Positions 25,636 through 36,355 of a stretch of DNA of 43,988 nt are shown piece after piece. A program made the position numbers and the translations under genes. Source of the stretch: a virus (taxonomy: Duplodnaviria > Caudoviricetes). The stretch covers positions 1 to 43,988 of the IMG/VR virus record IMGVR_UViG_3300014208_000067. The stretch is one strand, 5' to 3'. The number at the start of each line of letters is the position of its first letter. Position 1 is the first letter of the stretch. The notes under the pieces were generated by a model. The model did not search any database and was not told where the DNA came from. It saw only the letters and a list, made by a program, of their open reading frames with translations.

Positions 25636-25818
25636 CAAGCATCCGGACAACCCTTAATGGCCCCGGATGAACTACCGACGCCACGCCCTGCGTGGTGGAT
25701 AGACGGCCCCGACGCGAACCAATAACAAATTGCAAAAGCCGGCGGTCAACCCAGAAGTCCCCTCTCGCAGTCAACCCGAAGCGTTCGGTTCCTCGCAACA
25801 ATCGAAGGAACCACCGCC

Positions 25819-26673
25819 ATGGCTGCAACAGCCTTTCAGACGCAATACCGCGACGAATTCGTCGCGGGATTCGAGGATCGCGCGTCCCTGTTGACCGCGA
25901 CCACGGTTCGCGAAGCCACGATCAAGGGCAATCAGGCCGTTTTCCTGGTTGCCGATTCCGGCTCCGCGACTGCCCAGACCCGTGGTGTGGATGGCCTGAT
26001 CGCCGCCCGCGCCGACAACCTTACCCAGAATACCTGCACGCTTCGCGAATGGCATGATCTGGTCCGCAAGACCAACTTCAACATCTTCGCCTCGCAGGGC
26101 GACCAGAAGCGCATCATGCAGGAAACCACGATGGCCGTCGTCAATCGCAAGATGGACGACCTGATCATCGCGGAACTCGATACCGCCACCAACGACACTG
26201 GAACCGCCACCACGGCAGACCTGGATCTGGTGGTCTATGCCCGCACCGTCCTTGGCAACAACTTCGTTCCTCTTCAGGAAGAGGACAACATGTTCGCCGT
26301 GGTCAGTCCCGGGTTCATGGGCTACATGCTCCAGGTGCCGGAATTCGCCAACGCGAACTACGTCGAGGTCAAGCCCTTCACCGGCCCGGCCAAGAAGTTC
26401 CGCCGTTGGGCCGGCTTCAACTGGACCGAACATCCCCGTCTGACCGGCTCCGTCGGAGCGGGTGGAGACGGGACGGCCGAGCAGTGCTATTTCTTCCACC
26501 GCAATGCCATCGGCATGGCTGTGGACACCGCCGGCATGGACAGCCCGGTTGGGTATGACGAGGAGCAGGGCTATTCGTTCGCTCGCGTCTCTATCCACAT
26601 GGGCGCCAAACTGCTGCAAAATTCGGGTGTGGTCATGGTCAAGCATGACGCCTCGGGCTACGCGGCTCAGTAG
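25819..26673 (+). CDS. Major capsid protein
   Basis: 284 aa after scaffold, biased codon usage, FQTQYRDEF, AVVNRKMDDLII, WAGFNW..H, FFHRNAIG, GAKLLQNSGVV. Confidence 0.9.
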   Translation: MAATAFQTQYRDEFVAGFEDRASLLTATTVREATIKGNQAVFLVADSGSATAQTRGVDGLIAARADNLTQNTCTLREWHDLVRKTNFNIFASQGDQKRIMQETTMAVVNRKMDDLIIAELDTATNDTGTATTADLDLVVYARTVLGNNFVPLQEEDNMFAVVSPGFMGYMLQVPEFANANYVEVKPFTGPAKKFRRWAGFNWTEHPRLTGSVGAGGDGTAEQCYFFHRNAIGMAVDTAGMDSPVGYDEEQGYSFARVSIHMGAKLLQNSGVVMVKHDASGYAAQ

Positions 26674-26685
26674 GGGAGATGTGAC

Positions 26686-26967
26686 ATGGCATACGCTGGA
26701 ACGACTTCCACTTCTCCCAACCCGCCCCGCATTGTTACGCAGGGCATCACCGGCTTCCGGCAGTGGGTGTACGCCTCGACGCACATTTCTTCGGATGTCG
26801 AGGCCGCCGGGTTCGTCACCGATGCCTACTATCTCGGCATGAAGGTGGCGGACGGCTTCCTGCACGTCACCTCGACGGGCGGCATCATCACCTCCCACTC
26901 GGTTCTGGCCGTGACCACGACCGGCGCTGATATCAGTGTCGGTACGACCATCGGCCTGGGCTCGTAG
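26686..26967 (+). CDS. Small Ser/Thr-rich capsid decoration/cement protein
   Basis: Directly after MCP, GGGGAG RBS, followed by terminator; about 27% S+T. Confidence 0.75.
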   Translation: MAYAGTTSTSPNPPRIVTQGITGFRQWVYASTHISSDVEAAGFVTDAYYLGMKVADGFLHVTSTGGIITSHSVLAVTTTGADISVGTTIGLGS

Positions 26968-26993
26968 GGGTTTCATCCTCAGTCCGCAAACTT

Positions 26994-27019
26994 CGGGGGC
27001 AGCGATGCCCCCGTTTTTT
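26994..27019 (+). terminator. Rho-independent terminator after capsid genes
   Basis: CGGGGGCA-GCGA-TGCCCCCG then TTTTTT. Confidence 0.9.
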
Positions 27020-27042
27020 CAGGGCGCAACCCGGAGTGATTA

Positions 27043-27480
27043 ATGGACAACACGAAGAAGCGTCTGCACATGGGGCGGATCAAGGCCGCGGCCCAGGTCA
27101 GGCGCAAATTCTACGTCGATCTTCCCGCCGGCACGAAGCCGGAAGACGTGATGGGGCCGGATTTCTTCGTTCACTATACCCGGGACATGCAGCCCCTTGA
27201 TCTTCTGGAAATGATGACAGAGGACGGCGCCTGGGAAGGTCTTTTCCGGGTGATGTTCGTCTCCAAGGTCGATGTCAAGTTGTCGAAGATCTATCTCGTC
27301 AAGCATGACGACGCTAAGCCGGAGGAAGTCGAGACGGACGTCTACGCCGTCCGCTGGCGGGGCCCGGCTGCGAAACACGGTGTTATCAGGAAGGATACCG
27401 GCGAAGTGGTCAAGGACCGTTTCGGCACCAAGGAAGAGGCGATGTCCTTCCTGAGCGAGCACCTCAAGAAAGTGGGGTAG
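27043..27480 (+). CDS. Conserved phage hypothetical protein
   Basis: 145 aa, GGAG RBS; YAVRWRGPAAKHGVIR..D...F.TKEEA. Confidence 0.75.
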   Translation: MDNTKKRLHMGRIKAAAQVRRKFYVDLPAGTKPEDVMGPDFFVHYTRDMQPLDLLEMMTEDGAWEGLFRVMFVSKVDVKLSKIYLVKHDDAKPEEVETDVYAVRWRGPAAKHGVIRKDTGEVVKDRFGTKEEAMSFLSEHLKKVG

Positions 27481-27481
27481 C

Positions 27482-28126
27482 ATGGCTTACACCCGGCTCC
27501 AGATCTACAACATGACATTCCGTGCCCTTGGGGAGCGGTCAATTTCCAGTCTCTCCGTGAACGAGGAAAGCCGGCGCGTTATGGACGAGTTCTGGACCGA
27601 AGGTGGCGGGGCCGTCCGGGCCTTTCTTGAGCATGGACTGTGGAATTTCGCCATGCGCTCGTCCATGATCGATTCCACGCCTTCCGTGGAGCCCGCGTTC
27701 GGGTTTACATCGGCTTTCGACAAGCCCACCGATTTCGTTCGCCTGGATATGATTTCGGCGGATGAACGATTCAGCCTCCCCCTCAACGATTACGAATTGG
27801 AGGGGGATTATTTTTACGCCGACGCCGACCCCATTTACATGCGCTATGTCTCCGACGATGCAAGCTACGGCGGGGATTACGCGAAGTGGACCGACGCCTT
27901 CGCCAGGTGGGCGGCTTGTTGGTCGGCAATCCAGGTTGCCCCCCTTCTCAAGAGCCAGGCCGACGTGGAAAGGCTTGCGAAGTTGGAAAAGAAACTCCTG
28001 AACGATGCCAAGTCCGTCGACGCCAGCGAGGAACCTACCCGATTTCGCCCCGTGGGGAATTGGGTCCGCTCGCGTTGGGGGCGGGGAAACAGTGGTCGCG
28101 GAAAACGCAACCGGCTGATCGGGTAA
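27482..28126 (+). CDS. Tail tubular protein A (adaptor)
   Basis: IYNMTFRALGE, WNFA, P.FGF..AF..P.D, size and position. Confidence 0.88.
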   Translation: MAYTRLQIYNMTFRALGERSISSLSVNEESRRVMDEFWTEGGGAVRAFLEHGLWNFAMRSSMIDSTPSVEPAFGFTSAFDKPTDFVRLDMISADERFSLPLNDYELEGDYFYADADPIYMRYVSDDASYGGDYAKWTDAFARWAACWSAIQVAPLLKSQADVERLAKLEKKLLNDAKSVDASEEPTRFRPVGNWVRSRWGRGNSGRGKRNRLIG

Positions 28127-28129
28127 GCC

Positions 28130-30883
28130 ATGCGCGGGAATGTCCCCCTCCACACGTTCAACCGGGGCCGAATTTCTAAGCTTGGCCTTGCCAGGACGGA
28201 CCTTGATCGGACGCGAATCAGCGCGGAAATTCAAACAAACTGGATGCCCCGCACCCTGGGAAGCATGATGCTGCGTCCGGGGTTTGAATACCTGTTTGGA
28301 ACCTATAACAACGTCGCATCCAGGCTTGGAACGTTCATCTTTTCGTCGACGGACACGGCTCTTTTCGAATTCTCGTCTTCGCGCACCCGGATTGCCGTTA
28401 ATGACGTTCTTGTAAGGAGGTCTTTCGTTTCGTCAAGTGCAACAAATGGGGAATTCACCAGCGATCTTTCCGGCTGGACGGACGCCGACGATTCAGGATC
28501 TTCGTCGACGTGGGTTGGTGGATATATGGAGTTGGTCGGAACACGCTACAGTTCGGCCCGCCGCCGCTCCGCCATCGCCGTGGCCTCCTCCGACACCGGA
28601 ACCGAGCACGGGGTAAGAATCGTCATTGCCCAAGGGCATCCCATCGTCAAGATAGGGTCTGCCCTGGGAAATGACGACTACGTGGCGGAAACAAAGCTTT
28701 CGAAGGGCATCTATTCATTCGCAGTAACCCCAACTTCAAATATCCACATCGAATTTTCGGCAAACACGGAATATTCGAGCTACGTATCCTCGGTTTTGAT
28801 CGAAAGCTCAAATGTGGGATTGAGCACGGACAATATCCTTTCCCTTCCCGCTCCGTGGGGGGCTTCCGACCTTGACAATCTGAGATATGACCAGTCCGGC
28901 AACACCATTTATATGGCCTGCGGATCGACCATTGTTCCGCAAAAGATCGTGCGGATGGGGTCAGGGTCTTCAACCTCTTCGTGGGCGGTCCTGGATTATC
29001 TTCCGGAAGATGGTCCATTCAGGGTTGTCAATACATCCTCCAAGCGGCTGACCCCTTCAGGGCTTTCCGGAAACATCACTCTTTATGCCTCGGAACCTCT
29101 ATTCAATTCCGGATATGTTGGCGCATTATTCCGCATTACCTCGATCGGGCAGAACGTACAAGCCCAGGTTACGGGAGGCGATCAGTGGACCGACGAAATC
29201 CGGGTGACCGGAGTTGACGCCGCGCGTCAGTTTTCGCTACTCTACACGAAGTCCACCGATTTCACCGGGACCATGCGGATTCAACGGTCGGTCGGAGAGA
29301 CTGGACAATGGGCCAACGTATCCGGACTTTCCTACGCATCGACCATCGCCACTACTTATGATGACGGGCTGGACAACCAGATTGTCTTTTACCGCTTCGG
29401 GGCGGGGAGCACCGACGTTTCTTCTACAGGTGGGACGGGAACGGTCAGCCTGACCTACGCCTCCGGAGGCATCATCGGGGTTGCCAAGGTCACGTCGGTT
29501 TCCACATCAACTTCAAACAATTCCACGGCCGCTTCAGCCATCGTTCTCGACAATCTCGGATCAACTGCGGCGACCGATCTTTGGAATGAAGGAGAGTGGT
29601 CTGAATACCGGGGACATCCTTCCGCCGTCGCCTTCCATGAGGGAAGGCTGTGGTGGGCCGGAAAATCCAAAATCATCGGCTCCGTTTCCGATCTCTTCGA
29701 AGGCTTTGACCCTGACGTTGAAGGAGATTCCGCGCCGATCAACCGTTCCATCGCATCCGGTCCTGTTGATCGAATCCGTTGGCTGGTGTCTCTTGGTCGT
29801 CTAGTGGTGGGAACCCAGGGTGCGGAGTTGCAGGCCAAGACGGGGGCTTTGGACGAACCGCTGACCCCGACGAACTTCAACCTCAGAGACATCTCTACCC
29901 ACGGGTCCGCCAACGTCCAGGCGATCAAGATTGACAAGCGCGCCCTGATGGTGCATCGCAGCCTGACGCGCCTCTATGATATCGGGCTTTCCGGGCAAAC
30001 CTTGGATTATGAGAACGTCGACAGGACCGTTCTTGTTCCCGAGGCCGGGAAACCATCATTCGTTCGTTTGGCCGTGCAAAGGCAGCCAGACACGCGAATC
30101 CATTGCATCCGCGGATCTACGGATGGCACGGCCGGCGTTCTGATTTCCGACCCAGCCGAGAACGTTGTTTGTTGGGTTGACGTTGAAACGGGAGAGGCTG
30201 ACGGGTCTGATGGGGTCCTGGAAGACGTGGCCGTTCTTCCCGGAACCCAAGAAGACAACGTCTATCACATCGTCAAGAGGGAAGTGAACGGGTCCACTGT
30301 CAGGTACGTGGAGAAATGGGCCAAGGAATCCGAAGCCGTAGGCAGCACCCTAAGCAAGATCGCTGACAGCTTTGTGGTCTATGACTCGACGGCGACGACG
30401 GTTATTCCGGTCCCCCACCTGATCGGAAAAACTGTCACCGCTTGGGGAAACGGAAAGGATCTCGGAACCTATACGGTGTCGACGACGGGAGCGATCACGA
30501 TTTCCACCGCCTCGACCTGTACCGTCGTTGGCCTTCCTTATGATGGCTGGTTCAAGTCGGCAAAGTTGGCGTATGGGTCGCAGACCGGGACCGCCCTGAC
30601 GCAGCGAAAGAAACCGGTATCCCTTGGGCTTATTCTGGCGAACACCCACGCCAGGGGGCTCCAGTTTGGTCCTACGACGTCAACAGACGACTTGAGGGAT
30701 ATGCCGTCCATCGAGAACGGCGTCGCTGTTTCGACCGATTCAATTCACGAAACCTACGATGAACAGTCCTTCATGATCCCGGGCAGTTATGACACCGACA
30801 GCCGGATTGTTTTGAAGGCTACCGCGCCTAGACCCGTGACCGCCCTGGGCATGGTTATTACCGTTGATGAGAAAGACAAATGA
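28130..30883 (+). CDS. Tail tubular protein B (nozzle)
   Basis: FNRGRIS, RPG, GHPSAVAFHEGRLWWAG, LTPTN, VGLPY; 917 aa after tube A. Confidence 0.9.
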   Translation: MRGNVPLHTFNRGRISKLGLARTDLDRTRISAEIQTNWMPRTLGSMMLRPGFEYLFGTYNNVASRLGTFIFSSTDTALFEFSSSRTRIAVNDVLVRRSFVSSSATNGEFTSDLSGWTDADDSGSSSTWVGGYMELVGTRYSSARRRSAIAVASSDTGTEHGVRIVIAQGHPIVKIGSALGNDDYVAETKLSKGIYSFAVTPTSNIHIEFSANTEYSSYVSSVLIESSNVGLSTDNILSLPAPWGASDLDNLRYDQSGNTIYMACGSTIVPQKIVRMGSGSSTSSWAVLDYLPEDGPFRVVNTSSKRLTPSGLSGNITLYASEPLFNSGYVGALFRITSIGQNVQAQVTGGDQWTDEIRVTGVDAARQFSLLYTKSTDFTGTMRIQRSVGETGQWANVSGLSYASTIATTYDDGLDNQIVFYRFGAGSTDVSSTGGTGTVSLTYASGGIIGVAKVTSVSTSTSNNSTAASAIVLDNLGSTAATDLWNEGEWSEYRGHPSAVAFHEGRLWWAGKSKIIGSVSDLFEGFDPDVEGDSAPINRSIASGPVDRIRWLVSLGRLVVGTQGAELQAKTGALDEPLTPTNFNLRDISTHGSANVQAIKIDKRALMVHRSLTRLYDIGLSGQTLDYENVDRTVLVPEAGKPSFVRLAVQRQPDTRIHCIRGSTDGTAGVLISDPAENVVCWVDVETGEADGSDGVLEDVAVLPGTQEDNVYHIVKREVNGSTVRYVEKWAKESEAVGSTLSKIADSFVVYDSTATTVIPVPHLIGKTVTAWGNGKDLGTYTVSTTGAITISTASTCTVVGLPYDGWFKSAKLAYGSQTGTALTQRKKPVSLGLILANTHARGLQFGPTTSTDDLRDMPSIENGVAVSTDSIHETYDEQSFMIPGSYDTDSRIVLKATAPRPVTALGMVITVDEKDK

Positions 30884-31200
30884 TCCGGCCCGCCACCCTT
30901 GGGGATATCAGGCAGTTCTACGGATACGAAATTCCCATCACGGCGCGGGCTCTTGCCATGGAGCGCAACGGAAAAGTGGTTGGGGTTGGTGGCTATTACC
31001 TGAACAACGGTTCCGTCGTGGTGTTCACGGACAACGACGGGTCCTTGAACAAAAGGGAAGTGATCGAAGGGGGGCGCGCGGTTATGGCTCTGGTGGAAAA
31101 ATTCAGGGGGCGCATTGTTGCCGAATCAGGAGAAGACGGCACAACGGCCCTTCGTCACTTCGGGTTTCTTGAATACGGCGGTGCGTGGGTGCTTCCATGA
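30880..31200 (+). CDS. GNAT-fold-like protein in T7 gp13 position
   Basis: MIRPATLGD, GKVVGVGG, LRHFGF; position after nozzle. Confidence 0.7.
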   Translation: MIRPATLGDIRQFYGYEIPITARALAMERNGKVVGVGGYYLNNGSVVVFTDNDGSLNKREVIEGGRAVMALVEKFRGRIVAESGEDGTTALRHFGFLEYGGAWVLP

Positions 31201-31832
31201 CCGGAATTGAACTTGCCGTAATTGGCGAGACTGCGATCACCCTTGGTGATGTGGCTCTTGCGGCAGGAACGCTTGCTGGCGCTGCCGGGGCGATTTCCAG
31301 CGGCAACGCGCAAAAGGCCGCCGGGGAACAGCAATCCAGGGTCATGGAGTATCAAGCCAGGGTCCGGGAAAGAGAAGCTCTTGCCCTGGAACAAAATGCC
31401 GGCCAGGAGAGGGCTTCTGCCCAGCGCGCCGCGATTGAGGAAAACAGAAAGGCCGATCTGGTATCTTCTCGTGCAAAGGCGGTTGGGGCGGCGTCCGGTG
31501 CCGGCTCCCTTGACCCGACGATGGTTGACATCCTTGGAGGGATCGAGACCGAAGGGGCTTATAGGGCCGCCACGGCTTTGGCCCAGGGCGAGGACCGGGC
31601 GCTGGGGCAGGAGTATTCCGCCGTTCTTTCCAGGGCCGGGGCAGCTTCCGACCGATACGCCGGGGAATATGCCAAGGCTTCCGGGGTTGCGGCACAACAG
31701 AGATCATACCTCCAGGCCGGCGGCACGCTTGCCATGGGATTCTCCAAGTTCGGCAGCAAGTTAAGCAGTCTTTACGACAAGTATTCCGACGCCTCACTTT
31801 CCCCTGAGTATAGAATGTTCGGGTATTCATGA
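31197..31832 (+). CDS. Internal virion/ejection protein (gp14-like)
   Basis: Hydrophobic Ala/Gly N-terminus, Ala/Gln-rich helices, GAASG motif. Confidence 0.8.
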   Translation: MTGIELAVIGETAITLGDVALAAGTLAGAAGAISSGNAQKAAGEQQSRVMEYQARVREREALALEQNAGQERASAQRAAIEENRKADLVSSRAKAVGAASGAGSLDPTMVDILGGIETEGAYRAATALAQGEDRALGQEYSAVLSRAGAASDRYAGEYAKASGVAAQQRSYLQAGGTLAMGFSKFGSKLSSLYDKYSDASLSPEYRMFGYS

Positions 31833-33625
31833 TGGCTCGTATTCCTGACGCAACGGCGCTTGGTTCAAGGCCCATTCCCCAGCCCACCAGGGGCGTTTCG
31901 CGCGAAGACACTTCCGGCCTTCAAAGGGCTGCGAGTACGCAATCCGCAGATGCTCGGACGGCGGGGCAGGGCCTTCAAATGCTGGGGCAGGTAGCGGGGG
32001 AAATCGGCGGCCAGATCCGGACCAGGGAAGACGCGGTCAAGCGGGTGAACGCGATCAACACCTTTGGAACCGAGGCGTCAACCGAGTTGGAGCGGCTCCA
32101 GACCGAGGCCGACCTTTCAGACCAAGGCGTGGTTTCCCAGTACCAGGAGTTTCTGAAGAAGAAACAGGACGAATTGATCCAGCAGTACGGTGGTTCCCCG
32201 GACAGCCAGGTTAGGCTTTACGAGCGCCTGGAATCCGACCGCAGCCAGCTTCTAGGAAGGGCTGGAACCTTGAGCGCCAAGATCGGGCGCGAGAAAGTTA
32301 CGGGGTATCTCGGGAAAACGATCCCCCAACTTGCGAACAGTGCCGCCGAAAATCCCGGATCGCTGGCCGACCAGTTCAAGGTTCTGGACCGAGAAATCAA
32401 TGAACTTGCCGGCGCCCTTCCCCCGCAGGATGAGGAAAAGTGGCGTTCTGTTGGCAGGCAGCAGATCGTCACTGCAACCGTTGAAAACATGATTGCCAGG
32501 GGCTCCCTGAAAGAAGCCAGGGATCTTTTGGATAATGGCGTCGGCCCGGACATTCTCGGAATGGATGACGTTCGCAAGATCAAGAATCGTCTTATCATCG
32601 CCGAAACCGAGGAGCGCAAGGCGTCTCAGGCGGCACAGAAGAAGGTCAAGGATTTCATTGCTATCGTCGGGCGCGACCCCACTGAAGCGGAGAGGTTGTC
32701 GCTGGCCGGCGCTCCCCAGCGGGAGGGAAAGCAGACTCTTTCCGACAGGGTCGCCGAGTTTGAGCGTGTGGTCAAGCGGCCGGCAACCGAGGAAGAAATT
32801 GCCCAAATGGGCAGCGCCGCCGTGCCTGGAGCCTTTGGATCGGGTATCGCCGGTCGGTCCCTCGAAATCTTGACCGATGACGCTCCGGCATTTGAGGCCG
32901 GTCTTCTGGATGACGCGGAAGAACGCCGTTTCCAGGCCGCCGTCACTCAGTATACCCAGCCGACTACTCGGCCGAATCCAGACACCGGGTTGATGGAAAC
33001 CAGCCGCCCCGAACTCCCCCCGTTCGTGGTCAAGGCATACGAGCGCCGTGGCATGGAATTGCCAGGACAGCGCGCACCGTCTTCTGCTGGCGTCCCCGAA
33101 CCGACAGCTCCTCCAGACCAGACGATTTGGGGCCTCGCCGGGAACATCGCGGGTCCGCTTCCTGCCGCTGGGGAATTGATCGGCAAAACCCCCGTGGTCG
33201 GTGAGTTTTTCCCGAACAAGGAATTCACCCAGGCCCGTAATTACGTTCCGCTCGTGCAAAGGGACCTTGTCCGGGTTCTTCAGAACAACCCGCGTTATGC
33301 GGAAGGCGAACGCAAGGCCATCGAGGACGAAATCAAAATCACGCCGGAAGTTTTCGACCGGCCGGGCGCTTTCCAGAACCGCCTCATTGCCATCGATCAG
33401 GCCCTTGAAGTCAGAGAGAAGAACGCTTTTTCAACGGCCGACCCAGGAAAATCCACGGTCGGCAGGGAAGAGCGCGTCCAGGCTCTCAACGTTCTCAACG
33501 CCATCGTGAAGTTCCGCCAGAATTTGGGCGTTCCTCCCCTGGTCAAGAACGCGGAAGAGGCCAAGGCCCTTCCGTCCGGTACGGTCTTCAGGACTCCCAA
33601 GGGTGACGTGAGGAGGGTGCCGTAA
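31829..33625 (+). CDS. Internal virion/ejection protein (gp15-like)
   Basis: MARIP start, helical, C-terminal LPSGTVFRTPKG motif; position. Confidence 0.75.
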   Translation: MMARIPDATALGSRPIPQPTRGVSREDTSGLQRAASTQSADARTAGQGLQMLGQVAGEIGGQIRTREDAVKRVNAINTFGTEASTELERLQTEADLSDQGVVSQYQEFLKKKQDELIQQYGGSPDSQVRLYERLESDRSQLLGRAGTLSAKIGREKVTGYLGKTIPQLANSAAENPGSLADQFKVLDREINELAGALPPQDEEKWRSVGRQQIVTATVENMIARGSLKEARDLLDNGVGPDILGMDDVRKIKNRLIIAETEERKASQAAQKKVKDFIAIVGRDPTEAERLSLAGAPQREGKQTLSDRVAEFERVVKRPATEEEIAQMGSAAVPGAFGSGIAGRSLEILTDDAPAFEAGLLDDAEERRFQAAVTQYTQPTTRPNPDTGLMETSRPELPPFVVKAYERRGMELPGQRAPSSAGVPEPTAPPDQTIWGLAGNIAGPLPAAGELIGKTPVVGEFFPNKEFTQARNYVPLVQRDLVRVLQNNPRYAEGERKAIEDEIKITPEVFDRPGAFQNRLIAIDQALEVREKNAFSTADPGKSTVGREERVQALNVLNAIVKFRQNLGVPPLVKNAEEAKALPSGTVFRTPKGDVRRVP

Positions 33626-36355
33626 ATGGCCGACACCACCAAGCCCGCCGCGACTGACGACTTCGATGCCTTTCCGCTCGTCTCCGAGCAGGAGACGGAG
33701 GCGAAAGACGACTTCGCCGAGTTTCCGCTTGCCGAGCCCACCATGGGAGAGAAGGCCCGCGCGGTGGGGCAGGGAGCGACGGGCGGCCTCATGGAATCTG
33801 CGCCTATTATTCCCGGCATGATCATGGGCGCCAAGATCGGCGCACTAGGAGGCCCAGCCGCCCCGTTCACCGTTCCGCTTGGGGCTGCCGCTGGCGCGGG
33901 AGCCGGATACCTCTTCGGCAAGGGTGCACGACTCCTCGCGTCTGAAATCCCCTTTGCCGGCGATACTCTCACCAAGCCAGACATCGAGAGTTTCGATCCT
34001 GCCCTTCGTCCCTATGCTGTTGGTGGGGAGGTCGTCGGTGCAGGATTGCCTTTTTCTGCGGCCCCGCTTGTCACCACGGCCCGCCTTCCCGCGTCGAAAG
34101 TTGGGACATTCATCAACCGGATTATCGACTTCGCCCAGGCGTCACCACGCACATTTGTTGCCTCCGAGGCTTTCGGTTTGGCTGGGGCATCTGTTGGTGG
34201 CGGGATGTCCGAATCCTACTACCCGGGAGAAGAAGGCAAGCGCATGGCCTTCGAGGTTGCTGGAGGATTCCTGAACCCCTCCCGCCTCCTGGTGGGAACA
34301 GCCAAGACCGCCCGCGATTCCGTCAAGATGGTGCTTCAGTCTATGAGCCGTTCCGGCAGAGAGACGAGGGCGGCCCAGATCCTTCAGGAAATTGTTACCG
34401 AGGCCGGGGAAGATCCGAAACTGTTAGCCGCCATGCTCAAGGAATCCGGTATTCCCGGAACCAGCATGACATCGGCCCAGAAGACGGGATCTCCGGCCCT
34501 TATCGCGCTTGAAACCAAACTCAAGGAATCGAGTGCAAAATTCGGCGCCGAGGCGGAGAAGGAAGCCGAGGAAAGCCTGAAGACCATCAGCAATATGGTT
34601 TCCGCCCTTCGGGGAACCGGAGATCCGGCCGCTTTGCAGGCTGCCGCAGATTTGCGCGTGAGGTATTTCCGCACGCTTCTTGCCGCACGCCTCCAAACGG
34701 CGGAAAGGGAGGCCGTGGAGTACGCCAAGGGCATTACTGCGGACACTCCCGGCATGAGGGCGCAGCTCAGCGTCAAGGCCAGGGAATCCGTTGAGGGGGC
34801 GATGAAGGACGCGCGCCAAGCGGAAACACAGCTTTGGGAGCGCATCCCGCGCGACCTGAAATCCCCTCCAACGAATCTATTGAAAACATACGACAACCTT
34901 CGCGCGGACATGCTCCCCGAAGAGCCCATGCCGGCGATTGTTGAAGGCTTCATCTCCAGAATGAGGGAAGCCGGGGAAACGACCACCGGAGAGATGATCC
35001 GTTTCCGATCTCGCGCGCTTGCCCTGGCTAGGGAAGCCGACGCCCAGGGAAAAGCCAACGACGCCCGTATCTACGGAAGGCTTGCAGAGGCCACACTGGA
35101 CGACCTGGACGGCGTTTTTTCCGGACCAAGCGCCGGAGTGATGAGAACGCTTGGCAAGGATGTTGACGCCTATAACGAAGCCAGGGCGTTCTCCCGCGAA
35201 CTCCACGACACGTTCACACGCGCCTTTGGTGGGCAGACGATGCAAACCACGGCGCGCGGGGCAGACCGCATTCCTCCTGAATTGACGTTGCGTCGTGCGC
35301 TTGGGACAGGAAGCGAAGGCGGGGCTTTGCGGTTCCGGGAACTGGAGGAGGCTACCCGATTTGCTTCCGGAAAGGGTCTGGTTGGGCCTGAGAATTTCGA
35401 CACCATGATTGACGCTCAAGAAAGAATGCTTCGCCTGGCCGCCGCTGACGCAATCGACCCCAATACGGGGAGAGTGAGCGCAACGCGCCTTGCCAAGACA
35501 ATCCGGGACAACGAGGAACTTTTGAACAGGTTCCCCGATGTCAAGACCGATCTTGAGGCCGCGCTGAAAAGCGAGAACTCACTCAAGAACGTCGAACGCC
35601 AGATCACCAAGATTTCCCGCGTCATTGATCAGCAATCGGCCTTCGTCAAGCTGACGAAATACGAAAACGCGGCCGATGCCGTCAGCGCCGCCGTTTTGGG
35701 CAAGACTCCGATTCATGATCTCACCGCCATGGCGAAGGTCGCCAAGCGCGGAGGTGGTGATCAGGCCGTTGCCGGATACCGTGCGGCGATTTGGGATTAT
35801 GCCATCCGTCAGGCCAGCGACGCGGCCGGAAATATTGATCTTGAAAAACTGAATACCGTCCTGATGAAGCCCATACGGCCCGGCCAGCCGTCCATCCTTC
35901 AGTTCATGCAAAGATCCGGCCTTTCGACGACCCAGGACGCGGCGAGCATCGGGAAACTGATGGCCGCTGCCGAGAAAGTCGCGGCATCAATGAAGGGCGT
36001 CCGGGGGCTGGAGGAAGTCGTCCCGGAAGTGGATTCGGCCTTTGACATGATGGTTCGGATTGCGGGTTCGCGCTCAATCGCCGCAACTGGCGTTGCCAAC
36101 ACCACGGGATCATCCCTGATCGCGGCGCAGGCTGGGGCAAAGTATTTCCAGAAGATTTTCGCCAAGGTCCCCCAAGGCAAGGTCAGGGACGTTCTGATCG
36201 AGGCCGCGCAGAATCCGAAGTTTGCCGCGCTGTTGCTTGAGAAACCGGCGACCGAAAAACGGGGCATTGCCCTCGCTCGTCAGATCCACGCCTACATGCT
36301 CCAAGCTGGGATAACCGGGGATGACGAGACTACCACCACAGGACAAGGGCAATGA
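33626..36355 (+). CDS. Large internal virion/ejection protein (gp16-like)
   Basis: 909 aa, Gly/Ala-rich membrane-like segments near the N-terminus, helical body; position. Confidence 0.75.
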   Translation: MADTTKPAATDDFDAFPLVSEQETEAKDDFAEFPLAEPTMGEKARAVGQGATGGLMESAPIIPGMIMGAKIGALGGPAAPFTVPLGAAAGAGAGYLFGKGARLLASEIPFAGDTLTKPDIESFDPALRPYAVGGEVVGAGLPFSAAPLVTTARLPASKVGTFINRIIDFAQASPRTFVASEAFGLAGASVGGGMSESYYPGEEGKRMAFEVAGGFLNPSRLLVGTAKTARDSVKMVLQSMSRSGRETRAAQILQEIVTEAGEDPKLLAAMLKESGIPGTSMTSAQKTGSPALIALETKLKESSAKFGAEAEKEAEESLKTISNMVSALRGTGDPAALQAAADLRVRYFRTLLAARLQTAEREAVEYAKGITADTPGMRAQLSVKARESVEGAMKDARQAETQLWERIPRDLKSPPTNLLKTYDNLRADMLPEEPMPAIVEGFISRMREAGETTTGEMIRFRSRALALAREADAQGKANDARIYGRLAEATLDDLDGVFSGPSAGVMRTLGKDVDAYNEARAFSRELHDTFTRAFGGQTMQTTARGADRIPPELTLRRALGTGSEGGALRFRELEEATRFASGKGLVGPENFDTMIDAQERMLRLAAADAIDPNTGRVSATRLAKTIRDNEELLNRFPDVKTDLEAALKSENSLKNVERQITKISRVIDQQSAFVKLTKYENAADAVSAAVLGKTPIHDLTAMAKVAKRGGGDQAVAGYRAAIWDYAIRQASDAAGNIDLEKLNTVLMKPIRPGQPSILQFMQRSGLSTTQDAASIGKLMAAAEKVAASMKGVRGLEEVVPEVDSAFDMMVRIAGSRSIAATGVANTTGSSLIAAQAGAKYFQKIFAKVPQGKVRDVLIEAAQNPKFAALLLEKPATEKRGIALARQIHAYMLQAGITGDDETTTTGQGQ

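Noticed and set aside
25771-26976. Long antisense ORFs (401 aa here; also 32252-33259, 21523-22311, 22438-23232)
   Set aside because: Shadows of GC3-biased structural genes; no RBS or motifs
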